Positions 25,859 to 38,210 of a stretch of DNA of 64,000 nt are shown one piece after another. The notes below the pieces were generated by a model. It saw only the letters and a program-made list of their open reading frames with translations, searched no databases and was not told the DNA's origin. The position numbers and the translations under genes are program-made. The first letter of the stretch is position 1, and every line of letters starts with the position of its first letter. This stretch comes from Oculina patagonica (taxonomy: Eukaryota). Location of the stretch: contig NC_135758.1 in assembly GCF_052425735.1 (NCBI RefSeq), positions 29,140,001-29,204,000 on the forward strand. Reading direction: 5' to 3'.

Positions 25859-26152
25859 CTTGGATTTACATTACATAAGAGCCTCGATTTCAAATCAGGT
25901 CGTGTGAGGGGTTGGACTCGATACGTCATAAAAGGATAAATGAATTGTCCTATATGAAATTGACACCCGTCCAATTAGACAAATCATTTCGAAATCGCAC
26001 CTTTCTAAATGCTTTTCTGATTTTTCTTGATTTTAGGCAGCTGAATTACGCTGTCACACTCCAATACAAAGAAAACGCACTAATGTGTTTATTCGATTTT
26101 GCTTGACGTTCATCAAGCAGTTCAAACAATTTTACTACAGTTTTGCTCCAAA
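25859..26152. promoter_or_regulatory. Putative bidirectional promoter between NDUFS7 and the VWA-PAN gene
   Basis: The divergent start codons (25858 - and 26153 +) are separated by only 294 bp. A YY1-like CAAGATGGCG overlaps the NDUFS7 ATG. Confidence 0.55.
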
Positions 26153-29100
26153 ATGGGACGCAAAATGAACATATTCCGTGCGACTGCGAAAAAAGCATTC
26201 TTCCTTTTGCAGGTTAGTAATAGGAAAAACTAACTCATTTATTTTATTGAATCTTTAATAAAACAAATAGGTGATTTTTGAAAGACGCGCGTCTATTTTT
26301 TAAAAATATTCTTTAGCGGTTTTGAGTGCGTGAAATTTGGAGTAATTTTCATCGAAAGAACACATGACATCAGTGCATCTTTTGCTTCCAAAAAAGCGAT
26401 TCACGGCAAAAAGTAGAGATAACCTATAACCTATGGACCCTAATTGTAGAGCGGTGGTGAGATGTCAGATAAACGGAAATGAAATTTCTAAAAACATAGA
26501 CAAATTCGAATACTGGACAATCAGACCAGCAAAGATAAATAAGGTTTATGGTCTCTTTGACGCAAGTTTCATTTGAAAAGTAAAAAACGGATTACCGTCT
26601 GAAAGATCATTTACCAGGAAGCGGCAAACATGCGGTGGGATCAGTCGAGCTCAGAAAAATCTACCTTAGTTTATTAACTTGGCGCAGATACACGAATCGT
26701 GTAAAGTCTGTAAATGTAAATGATTTTTTTTTTTTTTAAGCAAAGCTGATAGGACAACCTGCTATATTTTTTGTGTGTCAATTTAAATGCATCATAAGCG
26801 CAAGTTAGAATATTTTCAATTTTTTAATTCTAACAAGATTCTGGGGAGGGGGGAAAAGAACACACGATTCAACAGTTTTAAAAGTGCTTATTTTCTCTTT
26901 TCTCTTACATAGCTTCAAGTGATATTTATAAACACATCTGCTGCAGGTAAGGACATCAAATTAAACGTGTACTGTTTCTTGACCATATTTAACTCCACCA
27001 GGCTTTTTGGTCAGCCGAACCGTACCCTTAGCTTATATAACCGACACCTGACCAATGCATAAAACTCCTTGTCAATCACTCCAACTGAAAGACTTTTTGA
27101 AATCTAGACCTTTAATACTTTAAAACCCCGGCAAACATTTCTGAATCGTTTTTTGAAAGTTCGCACGTTTTATTCCGGACAAACAATTTTCGGATCAATG
27201 AATTTAATTTAGAATTCTAGTAAATTTGGACCAAACTTGGACAGAATTTCTTTCATAGACATTGCAATGCTGGAACTTATATTTAAGATTGGCCGCCTCA
27301 AAGATTGAAGTAACTAAATTAAATAAATTTAATTTTGACAAGGTGAACAGAATCATTCATCATGTAAATGTGAAACGAAGTGCTCGGCTTAAATTGTTAA
27401 CTTGTAGATCTATGTTTTGCTCTGCAATTTTTGTTGCTGTCAGTAAATCAAAAATCTTGTTCCTTAGCTGTGTCATTAATTTTTTTTGGTTAACCTTAAG
27501 AAATGTTTTTTTTTTCTCTATCAGCGACGGTGTAAAATTTTCGAACGCTTAAGATTAACAGTCTGTTTTGGACAAGCTTCTGTACGCAAAAAATGAAACA
27601 CCCGAAATGTTTGCCGACACATAACGTTTGTTCAGAAAATTCATCCAAAAGTGTCATCATGCATCAGTTGACAGATGTGTATGGCTTACTTTGGCCCATT
27701 CGTTCTTATCTTTCTCAATGAACAGCAACCCCTTTAACAAAACAAAAAACGTCCAAGTGTTCAGTCCAATTCATTCATTTTTCTGGGGAGTTAGGGTGGC
27801 CTGATGGTTAGCACGCTGAAGTTCGGATCAAAAGGACTGGGTTCGAGCCCTGGCCGGGGCACGGCGTTGTCACGGTGTTTTTGAGTAAGACAGTACACTT
27901 TACACTCATAGTGCTATCTCTAACCAGGTGTATAAATGAATGTTCAATATTGTGGTTTGTTTCAGTTTGCCCCTTTGCAATGGATCTTGCTTTCTTGTTA
28001 GACTCCTCGGGCAGTATTGGAAAAGAAAATTACCAAGATATGAAAGGGTTTATGAACGAAGTTATTGAACAGTTTCACGTTTCTCCGACAGGTAATTAAA
28101 TAAGCATTAAATTCTAGTCATTCAAATAAACGCTTTCAGTCGTGGCCCAAACTCTTTTTAGATCCCAATGAACACTGACGTGTTTCAGTTTTTATGTAAA
28201 AAAAATATTGAAGTTGGTCAGGTAAATTGACCGCTTAGGTTCGAGTTCAATTCGAAGCAACTTAGGGACGGACCATTATTTTTTTGGAGGGGGGGGGATG
28301 AAAAATATTGAAAAAAAATTGTTTGCAGGACCTGGAAAGACAAAATAAATTGTTTGCAAAAACGATATGTATAATAAAAAATAGTTAGAATTTCGAAAAA
28401 GAAATGTTTGCAGAGTTGCATAAACTAAAAAAAAAAGTTTGCAGACGAAAATTTTTCATCCCCCCCTCCCAAGAAAATAATGGTCCGTCCCTTAGCCCCG
28501 AGGACAAGTTTTAATGGGTATCAACGGGTCCAGTACTGATGTGTTTGAATATCACAATTGGGCAAAAGTATCTTGTAAAATGATTACTGAAGCATCGTGG
28601 CGCGTGAAATGATCAAAATCAGTAATACGTGATTAGTGGGCAAATATCACGTGAGCAATGTAATTGGTTTACCTGCCCTTTGTTGCTTTCAGATACACAC
28701 GTTGGTGTGGTAAGTTTCAGTTCTAGCGCAAAAACAGAGATCTCGTTCATTTCCCCGCAAAATGTGGACGCCATTAAGTCGTCCGTTTTGAAAATGATTT
28801 ATCGCGGTGGTTCTACACGGATGGATCTGGGACTGAACAAGACGCACGTGGAGTTGTTTTCTGCACGGGGTCAAATGAGAGCGAATGTGCCCCATGTTCT
28901 GTTGGCAATCACCGATGGAAGAAGCGATTATGGTGAGAAACTGTAAAAACGCCGATAGATTTAAAAGTGATAAGTTAAACAATACAAAATACAGTACTAA
29001 ATGCAAAGGCGCGACTACGCGCACGCCTGATGTTCCGTGTAAAATGGCGATCAAAGTTGCTCGGCGACCTCTGAGAAAGTAGACCTGTACTTGCAGTGAG

Positions 29101-30509
29101 TTTTGAATTCATCACTAACGTCCTAGCTTTCAGGGATGTGGAATTGAACTGACGAAAAGTGGCGTACGTACTTGGAGAACAAAAAAAAGTGTGCAGAAAG
29201 TGAGCTAGAATTAATGAACAGCGCTTCGCTTGTATTGTTCCACCTATATCTGAGAACCGTGAACAGGCTAAAAATAATAATAACAAAAACTTTATTCATA
29301 TGTACGTTCAAGGTCCTTAGTTCAGGAACTTGCAGAAGTTAAAAATAAGTCTTTGAAAAATAACAGCTGGCGAAGAACAATATGCAATATCAACAGATTT
29401 ATGTCTCTAATCATGTCTCTAATCAATCACATTCCATTCTAATCATTCCATTCAGAGCTGAGAACAAAACAACAATCGCAACATCTAAAAGATGACGGGA
29501 TAATCATATTCGCACTGGGGATTGGCCCCTATGTTCACTCGGCCGAACTGAAAGCCTTGGCGTCTGATGAGAGTCACGTGTTTCGTTTCATGTCAGTCAG
29601 GCAAATGATGCCAGAAGATAGTGCTTTGAGAATTGCACTAGCTCTTTGTTCAGGTAAGGGGGACAAACATAGGCTTGTGAAAAATTAATCCAGTGAAAAC
29701 TCAATTAGCGATGAATGTTCACAAGCGACTCTTCTCAAAGTAAGTGGTCACCTTCATAAAAATCCTTAATTCGTCTTAAGCAGCCAGTTACTGCAAATGA
29801 AGCTTACTGAATGCGACCACTCTGGCTTGAAAAATAAGTGTTCTGATATGTAAGATTTAGGAGACTACGAGGATAGAAGGATTAAGGTATAGGCTCTCGA
29901 GCAGAGCTCCCTTGACGCTTTGTTTTATCATTGAGGTACATGTTTTAATCTGTGGTGAATCTGGATCAATTGTGCTGTTTACGTCAAGGGCGTATCAAAA
30001 TGAGTATAGAAGATTAAATCTCAAAACACGAAACCTCTTTTATTTTGGTATTTCTTGTAGCACATAGGAACCAACTGAAAAGTACGTGGCGTCCGATTTT
30101 CACTACGAAAGGTTCAGTTGAAAACTGCAGAGTTGGAGGGGAACCCAGACCCTTCCTTTAAATCCGCCACTGTAACACAACTTAGCAATCACTAATTATT
30201 TATATGTTTTCTTTTTAAAAAACTGTTTTAACCTTTTTTCTTTTTTATGTCCAAGTTTCCAGAACGTCGAATGCAATCATCCATCCAATGGACACACAAC
30301 ACTCGCTTGTGCAGCACACTGTGATGTCACGTACTACATCAGACGATCTGGAATGTGCATTTATGTGCATCAGGCACAAGTCATGCTACTCATTCAATTT
30401 CCACACACCCTCTCGCCTCTGTGACCTCAGCTATGCGAAGAGAACCGACTTTCCGCAAGATTTCACCTTTGTTCGCGGATCTGTTTACAGCGAGTTGGAA
30501 TTTGCTTGA
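26153..30509 (+). CDS. Secreted von Willebrand factor A domain + C-terminal PAN/apple domain protein, ~303 aa, 6 exons
   Basis: Exons 26153-26212, 26913-26946, 27966-28091, 28693-28932, 29456-29653 and 30256-30509 (912 nt, consistent phases). Signal-like N-terminus (AFFLLQLQVIFINTSAA); MIDAS residues DSSGS / GGST / ITDG; PAN motif ECAFMC...CYSFNF...CDLS. The first two exons are less certain. Confidence 0.85.
27787..27938 (+). mobile_element. tRNA-derived SINE (5' part)
   Basis: A-box-like GGTGGCCTGATGG and B-box GGTTCGAGCCC, then a TGTTTTTGAGTAAGACA...CTCATAGTGC core. Matches the copy at 52981. Confidence 0.75.
28265..28491. mobile_element. PIF/Harbinger-type MITE with a TTA TSD
   Basis: TTA|GGGACGGACCATTATTTT ... 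AAAATAATGGTCCGTCCC|TTA, with long imperfect TIRs. Confidence 0.85.
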
Positions 30510-30818
30510 GCAAAGCACTGAATTTAAATTACGTTCAACTGAACAAGGCGAACAAATATTGACGGACGCTGTTCAGTAATTCATAGCATATAATGGTGCG
30601 CGCGCACCTTTTGTCAGGACAAACGTAAACTGTTTACGTTACGATGTACATAGCTACACGTGTACAAGATGTTGACTTTATTTAGCCATGTTTATTACAA
30701 CTAAATGTCAACTACTGTCAGAAAAGAGTCAAAAAAGAGGCACTCCAAATAAAAACATATTTTACAAAATCAAAAAACTGCCTCTGTTGTGCGCATGATT
30801 TCTTAGAGACTTTCCAAA

Positions 30819-31220
30819 CAGGGGCACCCATCGAGAATATAGTTCAAAACCACTTAAAGATAGCACCGTTCAACGTATTTTAGTATTTAAACGGTAGATA
30901 TAGGCATATTTTTATCCCCTAAAAATTTTTTATCTGTTCGGATTTCCTAGCTGAAAGTCTAGTTGATCTGAAAGTTATAGGAATCAAAACTTACCTTTTC
31001 GAAAAAATTCCAGCCAGAGAAGGGCTCCCGAAAATTCTAGGTGACCTTTTTAGAGTAGAAATCCGTTAAAAATGAACAATTATACCATTTTTTAGATATT
31101 CGAAAATCCTAGGAAAGGCAGGCAAACAAAAAAAATTACAATGAATGTTCCGAAAATTCTAGATCTCAAATCGTCTTCCGAACAGATATTTTTAACGAAA
31201 TATTCCGTTGGGTGCCCCTG
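30819..31220. mobile_element. Non-autonomous DNA transposon with CAGGGGCACCCA TIRs
   Basis: CAGGGGCACCCATCG ... CGTTGGGTGCCCCTG; no perfect TSD. Confidence 0.7.
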
Positions 31221-31569
31221 CTCAAAGTCCTTTACCTGGTAGTCAGGCATCCTTGTCCCCAGGGACACGCATTTTTAAAATGACCGTTTCGCCAACCACG
31301 TGACCAAAAGAAACGGAGGCTCTGGGAACGAGAATAGAAGTCCGGCGGAAAACGCCTCGCGACTTTATCGGTTATGTTTTACACTAAAAATGTAGTCGAG
31401 CTGTAACAAGTCTAAAATTTCCATTCTCGTCCGTAGAACTTTCTTTTCCCGTTTGCTCTCAATTCTTGTCGTGGACCGCTTGTTGCTGAGTATCATTCCT
31501 TGGGTTTTCCTGGTCAATTAGAAAATTTGCTTTCTCTAAACACTCAAAGCATAGTGTGCTCATGAATGT

Positions 31570-34312
31570 TTATGAAGAATGTTCATGAAGACTTGTGCTT
31601 CTGGGTTGAAGATAAACATCAAGCTTCGCCAAACCATCAAATAAATATTCAATTTCGCTGCCCAAACCTGTATCGTTTGAATCAGTGTTGGAATCGCCAT
31701 CTTCGCTGTTCAATGAGTGCGGTGGCGTTCTTACACGCCGCCTGTTTTCTGTAAAACACCCCGCGCTATGTCGACATAGAGTGTTTTGATTTCTGCTAAG
31801 GCTTATTGATCGGGGCTCACTCAAGGAACGATGCCGGCCACGCCTTTCACAACCGTTTTGTTCTTCATTTAATATACACTGAGGTGAAGAAGAAGTTGTC
31901 CCTGCATTTCGAGACAACGATTCGATAACTTGGTCGTCAAATCTTTTACTCCCAGTGTCATAGTCTTGTTCAGATGTAACCCTAGAAGAAATCTGCCTGT
32001 ACTTGTTTGGAGTTTCGAGTGAAGATGTAGTGGGTCTTCGACCATCGCATGCATTTGTGAAAGGTGGCAAGTTGTGATGTCCATTTACCAAGATAATTCC
32101 TTTTGACAGAAGTGCAGTATCTACTGTGTGTGGTCTGCGAGTTGGTAAAATTTCCCTCTTTTTCCTCGCTGGAAAGTTTGTTTTTTTCATCTCCTCGAGT
32201 GGATTTATAGGAGGAAACTGCTTAATCGGTAACGCTACAGAAAACCTCACTTTAGAATTCTTCGATGTTTGACGACGAAGATGCTTAGTTCCAGAAAACG
32301 TACTAGATTTGTTCGTTTCTTTGTTTTGATGAGTTATTGCTTGTCCACAGGAACAAATAAACTCGTAAGGAACCCTTGGCAAGTTCTGGAGGTTGTCGCT
32401 GCTCGTTTTTATGCGACCTCCTTTTCTCCGATTATTAAACTCGTCGAGGTGAGGTTTTTCTAGATGGACTTCTACTTTGTTCAATTCTTTAGCAGCATTT
32501 TGTGATAATGTGTTTTCAGGCTTTGTCTGGGTTGAAGTAATGTCCGAATCTTTTCTATTTTCCTCCTCAAGCGGAGTACTAGTTTGTTTACCTTTATCGG
32601 GAAAGTTAGATTTTGATTTATCCACATATTTTCGAACAAAAAATGGAATGAACTCATCGTCTTCGTTTTTCTGTACGTCCATCGGTAAGAAATTCGTAGC
32701 CCAGGTCCTGCAAACAAATCCTTTATGAACTTTGGTTTTAGACTTTCTTTGTTTTGGTTTTGCGCCGTCTTTGTCTTTTGTCAGTTTTGGAGCGTCTTTT
32801 ACTGCCTGATGCTGTTTTTCTTGAGACTGAGCCTTTGTTCTTAACGTTCCTGTGCTCTTTATTCGCTCGTTGTGTTTTGTGATCCAGTTATTTGCTTCTC
32901 GAAGGCGCATCTGCTTTCTCAAGCCTTCGCTTGTGAGTCTTCGCTTTGTTTTGTTGTTGGTTTGACAGTGACACTCTTCGCAAGTAGCATGGTTCACTAT
33001 GATTGGCTGAATGTAGATGTTGTTGCTGTAGCCTTTCCACCCCTGAAGGGAAAAGAGAAAACAATGTCAGTCCTAGTTTGTGGCGTGCGACTCGCCATGT
33101 TAAAGATTTTTGTGGGTCTCATCGTCTTAAAATGGTACTAGGGGCTATGAATTCAAAAACAAACACACACACTATAGCCTCCAGCTGTAGTACTGGGGGT
33201 TTTTCTCGTGGCTTTAATAAACTTTCATGCTTGTAATAATCACAGACGAACGGGCATAAAAAGGAGAGAGTCCTTTGCCCTCACTTGAAACCTTCATGTT
33301 TACGTTGTAGGGACTGGTCAAAAAGTACAGGGGGGGGGGGGGGGGGGGGAAGGGGGGGGGTTTTTTTTTTTGGCCCCCCAAAAGGNNNNNNNNNNNNNNN
33401 NNNNNNNNNNNNNNNNNNNNNNNNNNNNNNNNNNNNNNNNNNNNNNNNNNNNNNNNNNNNNNNNNNNNNNNNNNNNNNNNNNNNNNNNNNNNNNNNNNNN
33501 NNNNNNNNNNNNNNNNNNNNNNNNNNNNNNNNNNNNNNNNNNNNNNNNNNNNNNNNNNNNNNNNNNNNNNNNNNNNNNNNNNNNNNNNNNNNNNNNNNNN
33601 NNNNNNNNNNNNNNNNNNNNNNNNNNNNNNNNNNNNNNNNNNNNNNNNNNNNNNNNNNNNNNNNNNNNNNNNNNNNNNNNNNNNNNNNNNNNNNNNNNNN
33701 NNNNNNNNNNNNNNNNNNNNNNNNNNNNNNNNNNNNNNNNNNNNNNNNNNNNNNNNNNNNNNNNNNNNNNNNNNNNNNNNNNNNNNNTTTTCAATGAAAA
33801 TAAAACATTTTTTCACCGCAGTATTCATTTTGATAACCAACAATGCCGACTTTCGCCTTTAAATGTAAAATCCTATTTTGAATCTCTGCTACTTCAGTTT
33901 AGTGTAATATTTTTGCTTCTATGGGAAAACATCTTTAGACATCTTTAACCGTCGCCAAAATTAAAATGATGTCCAAAGATATTGGCCACCAACACTCATT
34001 TACCTCAAGTACTTCCTGTTTTTCTATTTCAAGGCCTTCGCTGTTGACTTTGTCCGCGTCGAGATACGAGGGAATGGGAGTAACAGGTGGATTAACAGGC
34101 AGGCTAGGTTCCTCAGCTTGAGAGACATTACATGTGTCGTCATTTTTTGGGGAGTCCCCTGAGGAGGGTTGGACCTCACTGCACGGCTGATCAGGATTGT
34201 GGTTGTTATTCTCGTCAGTTTCTTGTTCTTGCGGCTTAAAAGTCACTGATACTTTAATGGGTTCTTCTTCTTCAGGATCGTCAAAATGGCTTCTTTGATC
34301 TTCGTCCGCCAT
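31570..34312 (-). CDS. Uncharacterised low-complexity protein, ~593 aa, acidic N-terminus and basic C-terminal region
   Basis: Coding exons 34312-34004 (AAAATGGCG start context; GAG|gtaaat) and 33042-31570 (cttcag|GGGTGG) join in frame at phase 0. There is a probable 5'UTR intron at 35651-34321. The N gap in the coding intron could hide an exon. Confidence 0.75.
33386..33787. other. Assembly gap (N run)
   Basis: Run of n characters, preceded by a poly-G MITE-like end (TAGGGACTGGTCAAAAAGTACAGGGG...). Confidence 0.99.
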
Positions 34313-37300
34313 TTTAAATGCTGATGAGATATTTTATACGTTAGTATTGTATATAGGCGACGGTAGTTGTATGCCCCCCTTTTTTAATTTTTTGGAATAT
34401 TTTTAAATTTCATATTTCTATAAAATGATTCTTACATTTTTTTTAGTATGTGTCCCCAGTTAGTCTGTCAAAGTCTATTAAATCCATCGAAACGTTAATA
34501 AATATTTTACTTACTTTACTTACTTACTGCGGATTAATTAAAACGTTTTAGGTGCAGTATTCAGGACTTAGGGCCACCACCCCCCCAAACCTAACATTAC
34601 CCTTACTATCGCTTTGGGCAAATGTTAGGTGGGGAGGGGAGGGAGCAGTCCCAGAAACCAAATTGATCCAAAATCAAAAGTCACACTGGGACCACTGGCC
34701 CGTACTGCCGGAATTTAAAAAGAATAATTTTAAAAAAAGTGATAAAATTGAAGTTATCCACAGACATGCTAAGCCCCCAAAAGAGAGCAAATCTGCACCA
34801 TTCTTCAAAGTGCAATTTGCAGGCCCTCTATTAATAATTATTTTTTTATGGTATAAATACATTTAAGGTTGTTTACACTTTTCTCATGTTCCCAGTACAC
34901 TAGTAACATAGAAAGTTGACTTCAAGGGTGTAATTTCTTACTGAATTCAGTACTGAAATGTTACTGAAATATTGCTGAAGTATTGTATGACTGGGCGATA
35001 CTGCGCGCGGTCCTTGAGTCAGATTAGATTTAAGACCATAATCCGCCTGCACTTACAGTCAGTTTTTGCTCACTACGTCTAATTCTGGAATTTTCGTAAC
35101 TGAGCTCTTATCGAAACTGGTCCGGCTCTTGTTAATTTGGCTGACGTTACAATTTTGTTGGCCGTGATATAAGTACAAACACTGAACCTTTTGTTATTAT
35201 AAGCCAGTCACAAATAAGAAATTAAGTCATTTCTTTAGCTAGACATATTTGTCTAAAAATCAACTTTGTCAATTGCATAACTATGAAAAAGGCCTGAATC
35301 CATCTAGTAGACATAGAGATCTTTACATTTTCCCTTAAACGCTTCGCGAGAACTGTACCAGCTACGGAATCAATAAGTTCGTGGCTTGTTTTATACTTCA
35401 CTTTAAGGCACGTTGTTCAGTCAAAAAAGTGGTGTCCTTGTTTACGCTAGCAGATCTAGATCTGTAGACCGATTCAAGCTGTTTACAGGCATCTTTTATA
35501 TTGACCTAGCCACCCTAACCTAAATGCATACTTTGGCTCACTTCACTAAAGTTTTTCTCTCATAAACAGTGCTTTGTTTTACTGAAAACAAGCAAACATT
35601 TGTATAAAACTACTGATACATTTAAGTTGACATAATCGAACATAACAACTTACCTAACAACAGTGAACAGACGCGAAAATTAAATCAACTTCTTTGAATT
35701 GAATTCGAATACGCCTCGCAGCGTATTGCTCGACGAATTTAAAGGCTCTTTTGGCCGCAAAGACTGAGTGATAACACAGTTCTCAGTACTGTACATTCAT
35801 GAAGTGTAAAATTTGAAGATCACCAAAAGGACTTCGCAAACACTTTACATTTAGTTACACGAGTACCTTCGCTCTCTGTAATTAACCGTACTCTTCACAA
35901 ACTATCGTCAAGTTCTTTGATATGCTAATAACTCATTCAATAACTCTTCGTTTATGTTAAGAAGTTAATTAATTGCTTACATTTCTATTGGCTGCGCTCG
36001 CGTCAAGCAAACACAAGTAACAAAGCAGGTTAAGTACCTTTTCACTGTACTGGTTGTCAAGTGAGGTATATGTAAATAACTGTAATGCTTTGTAATTAAG
36101 TACAGTAATAAAGTTTGAGTACTGCGTTTTATGGATGAAACTGAGAAGAAGCTGGCAATCAACTGGAACCAATCGATAAATTAAGCTCTATGAAAGAAAT
36201 CTATATGCTTAATTCAAGGTTGAATCATTTGAAAGATGAAGCACGTTTTCAACTTTCAGTTGGTGTACAAGATCCAAGAGTCGACGGCGGGTGCAAACTG
36301 CAAGGGGAACGCGCGTGGAGTGTGTGTACTTCTCCCACGCGCGCGCCTACGAACACTCAAGAATACCGGTTATTGTACTAAAGGTTTAAACTATAGCTCT
36401 CTCAATTTTTCTTACAAATGGCTACACATGTACAAAAAGATTCTCAAAGTTGATTTAAAGATCGTGAACAGAATAAATTTCCTGATTTTATCAGCCTGCA
36501 TAACTGAGGCCGACATGATGTTTGGATTTTTCTCGTCAAAATGTCGGATTGTGAAACAAGAAAAACGTAAATGACTGCCATGCATATTGAATTTAGTTGC
36601 AAGAATACAACTGGTTACGAAAATACACTTGTCTTGTATATTTGCGAAAACGGAAACCACAGTGCGACGGACGAGCACATACAAGAAAATGTAGTCAAGA
36701 CCGGTTGTAGCGAAAAGTCCCCTGAAAACAGTTGGGAACAATGCAAGAGGGGGACGTGTCGCTGCAACATACGTCCCGCTCCATTCTGCTAATACATGAT
36801 TGTGGGTGTATGTTGTGATAAAAAAACTTGCGCAGGGAGGCTCCGCCCCAAGGCCCAAACCCTTAGCCTTTCGTATACCATTTTATTACAGAAAAGGAAA
36901 CCTTTTCAATGTATTTTCTACACCTTTCACATACCTTAATTTAGCAGAAATATGCTTCATCCCTTTTCTACACTTTTCACTTGATAAAACCCTTAAAATA
37001 CTTATATGAATCATCTGTTCGGTGGGTCTAATCGAAGTGGTATTTTGAAAAGCCCATTTCATACCTAAATGACAGTTTTCTGTATATACCCTTTTCTACA
37101 GCCCACTTCGTGAACTGATTGAACTACTACCCTTTCCTATACAACCAGCTGAAAAAGGTGCTCGATTCGGGCAGAGTCTACCCGTATAGATACCGCCTCC
37201 CCCCACGGGGTCCCAAACAGATGTTGCGACGAATGTCGCAATGATGAATGTCTCTTCGTGTGTCAGGACGTTAAAACTGCGAATATCTCTTTCTATCTAA

Positions 37301-38210
37301 TTTTTTCCCCCTCAGTCCACATGGATGATTCATTCAAATATACGTGACGTAAAGCTCAACGAATCATTTTATTGAACAAGTCATCACAACTAAACAAGAA
37401 CTACTGGTAAAACACAACGAAAAACATACGACAAACAATGAAATAACTGACAAATAGAGAGAGCGGACAAAAAACAGTGTTCTAACAATTAAACACTGAA
37501 ATACAGATTTGGTTCTGGTTTTGAAATAAACAAAAATTGAACTTATTATGAAGCCCTTCGGTAGATAGTAATTAAGAATATAATAAACAAGCCCAAACCA
37601 GCCGTCAAAGAATATTTTTTTACATTTTCTTGTGTATTAGTTTAAAATTCTTTCTTGTGCCAACACCCCGTCCATTCCTCGGCTGTTGTCTTCATTCAAC
37701 TCAAGACAAAGCCAGGGTAGGATTAACCAAGTCCCATCAAATACAATTTAAAACGAAAACTTCAAAGTACACGCATAATTCTGGTCGGAAAAAAGCGCTC
37801 AATCGAAAAATGTCCAAGCCACGTCAGCCCTTTACAGTGTGAAAACATGACCATTGAAAATAACCTAGCACGGAATGCAACATCTTAGCAACAAAGAAGG
37901 GGGACGAACATGAAGTTGGAGAAACTGGAGGCTAAACATACAAAAGAAGGCAGTAAACAGGCTAAGGAAAGCTATATATGGAAATACAAATAATGGCATA
38001 TTCTTAACAATCCTAACGAATTTCAAATCTTCTGTAGAAAAGGATTTGGGAACAAGACACTTTCAACACCAATGCTTGTACGTTAAGTTCGTCGCCCACC
38101 CGCCTCCCACTTCATGGCAAATCTTGCTAAAGGGATATATTTCGGCACAAAAATACTTTAAAACTATCCTAGACTTATCTACAGTATCTTTTTTATATAT
38201 TTTCCTCCTG

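Noticed and set aside
27790-27860. tRNA-like sequence with A and B boxes
   Set aside because: It runs directly into a SINE core repeated at 52981 and has no complete cloverleaf.
29563-29590. CTGATGAG hammerhead-like start
   Set aside because: It lies in a VWA coding exon and has no downstream GAAA or stems.
33214-33948. Long ORFs containing X runs
   Set aside because: Artefacts of the N gap.
36412-36858. ORFs 36571-36792 (+, Cys-rich 73 aa) and 36412-36858 (-)
   Set aside because: No signal peptide or splice support; the Cys-rich end derives from a short inverted repeat (GGGACGTGTCGCTGCAACATACGTCCC).
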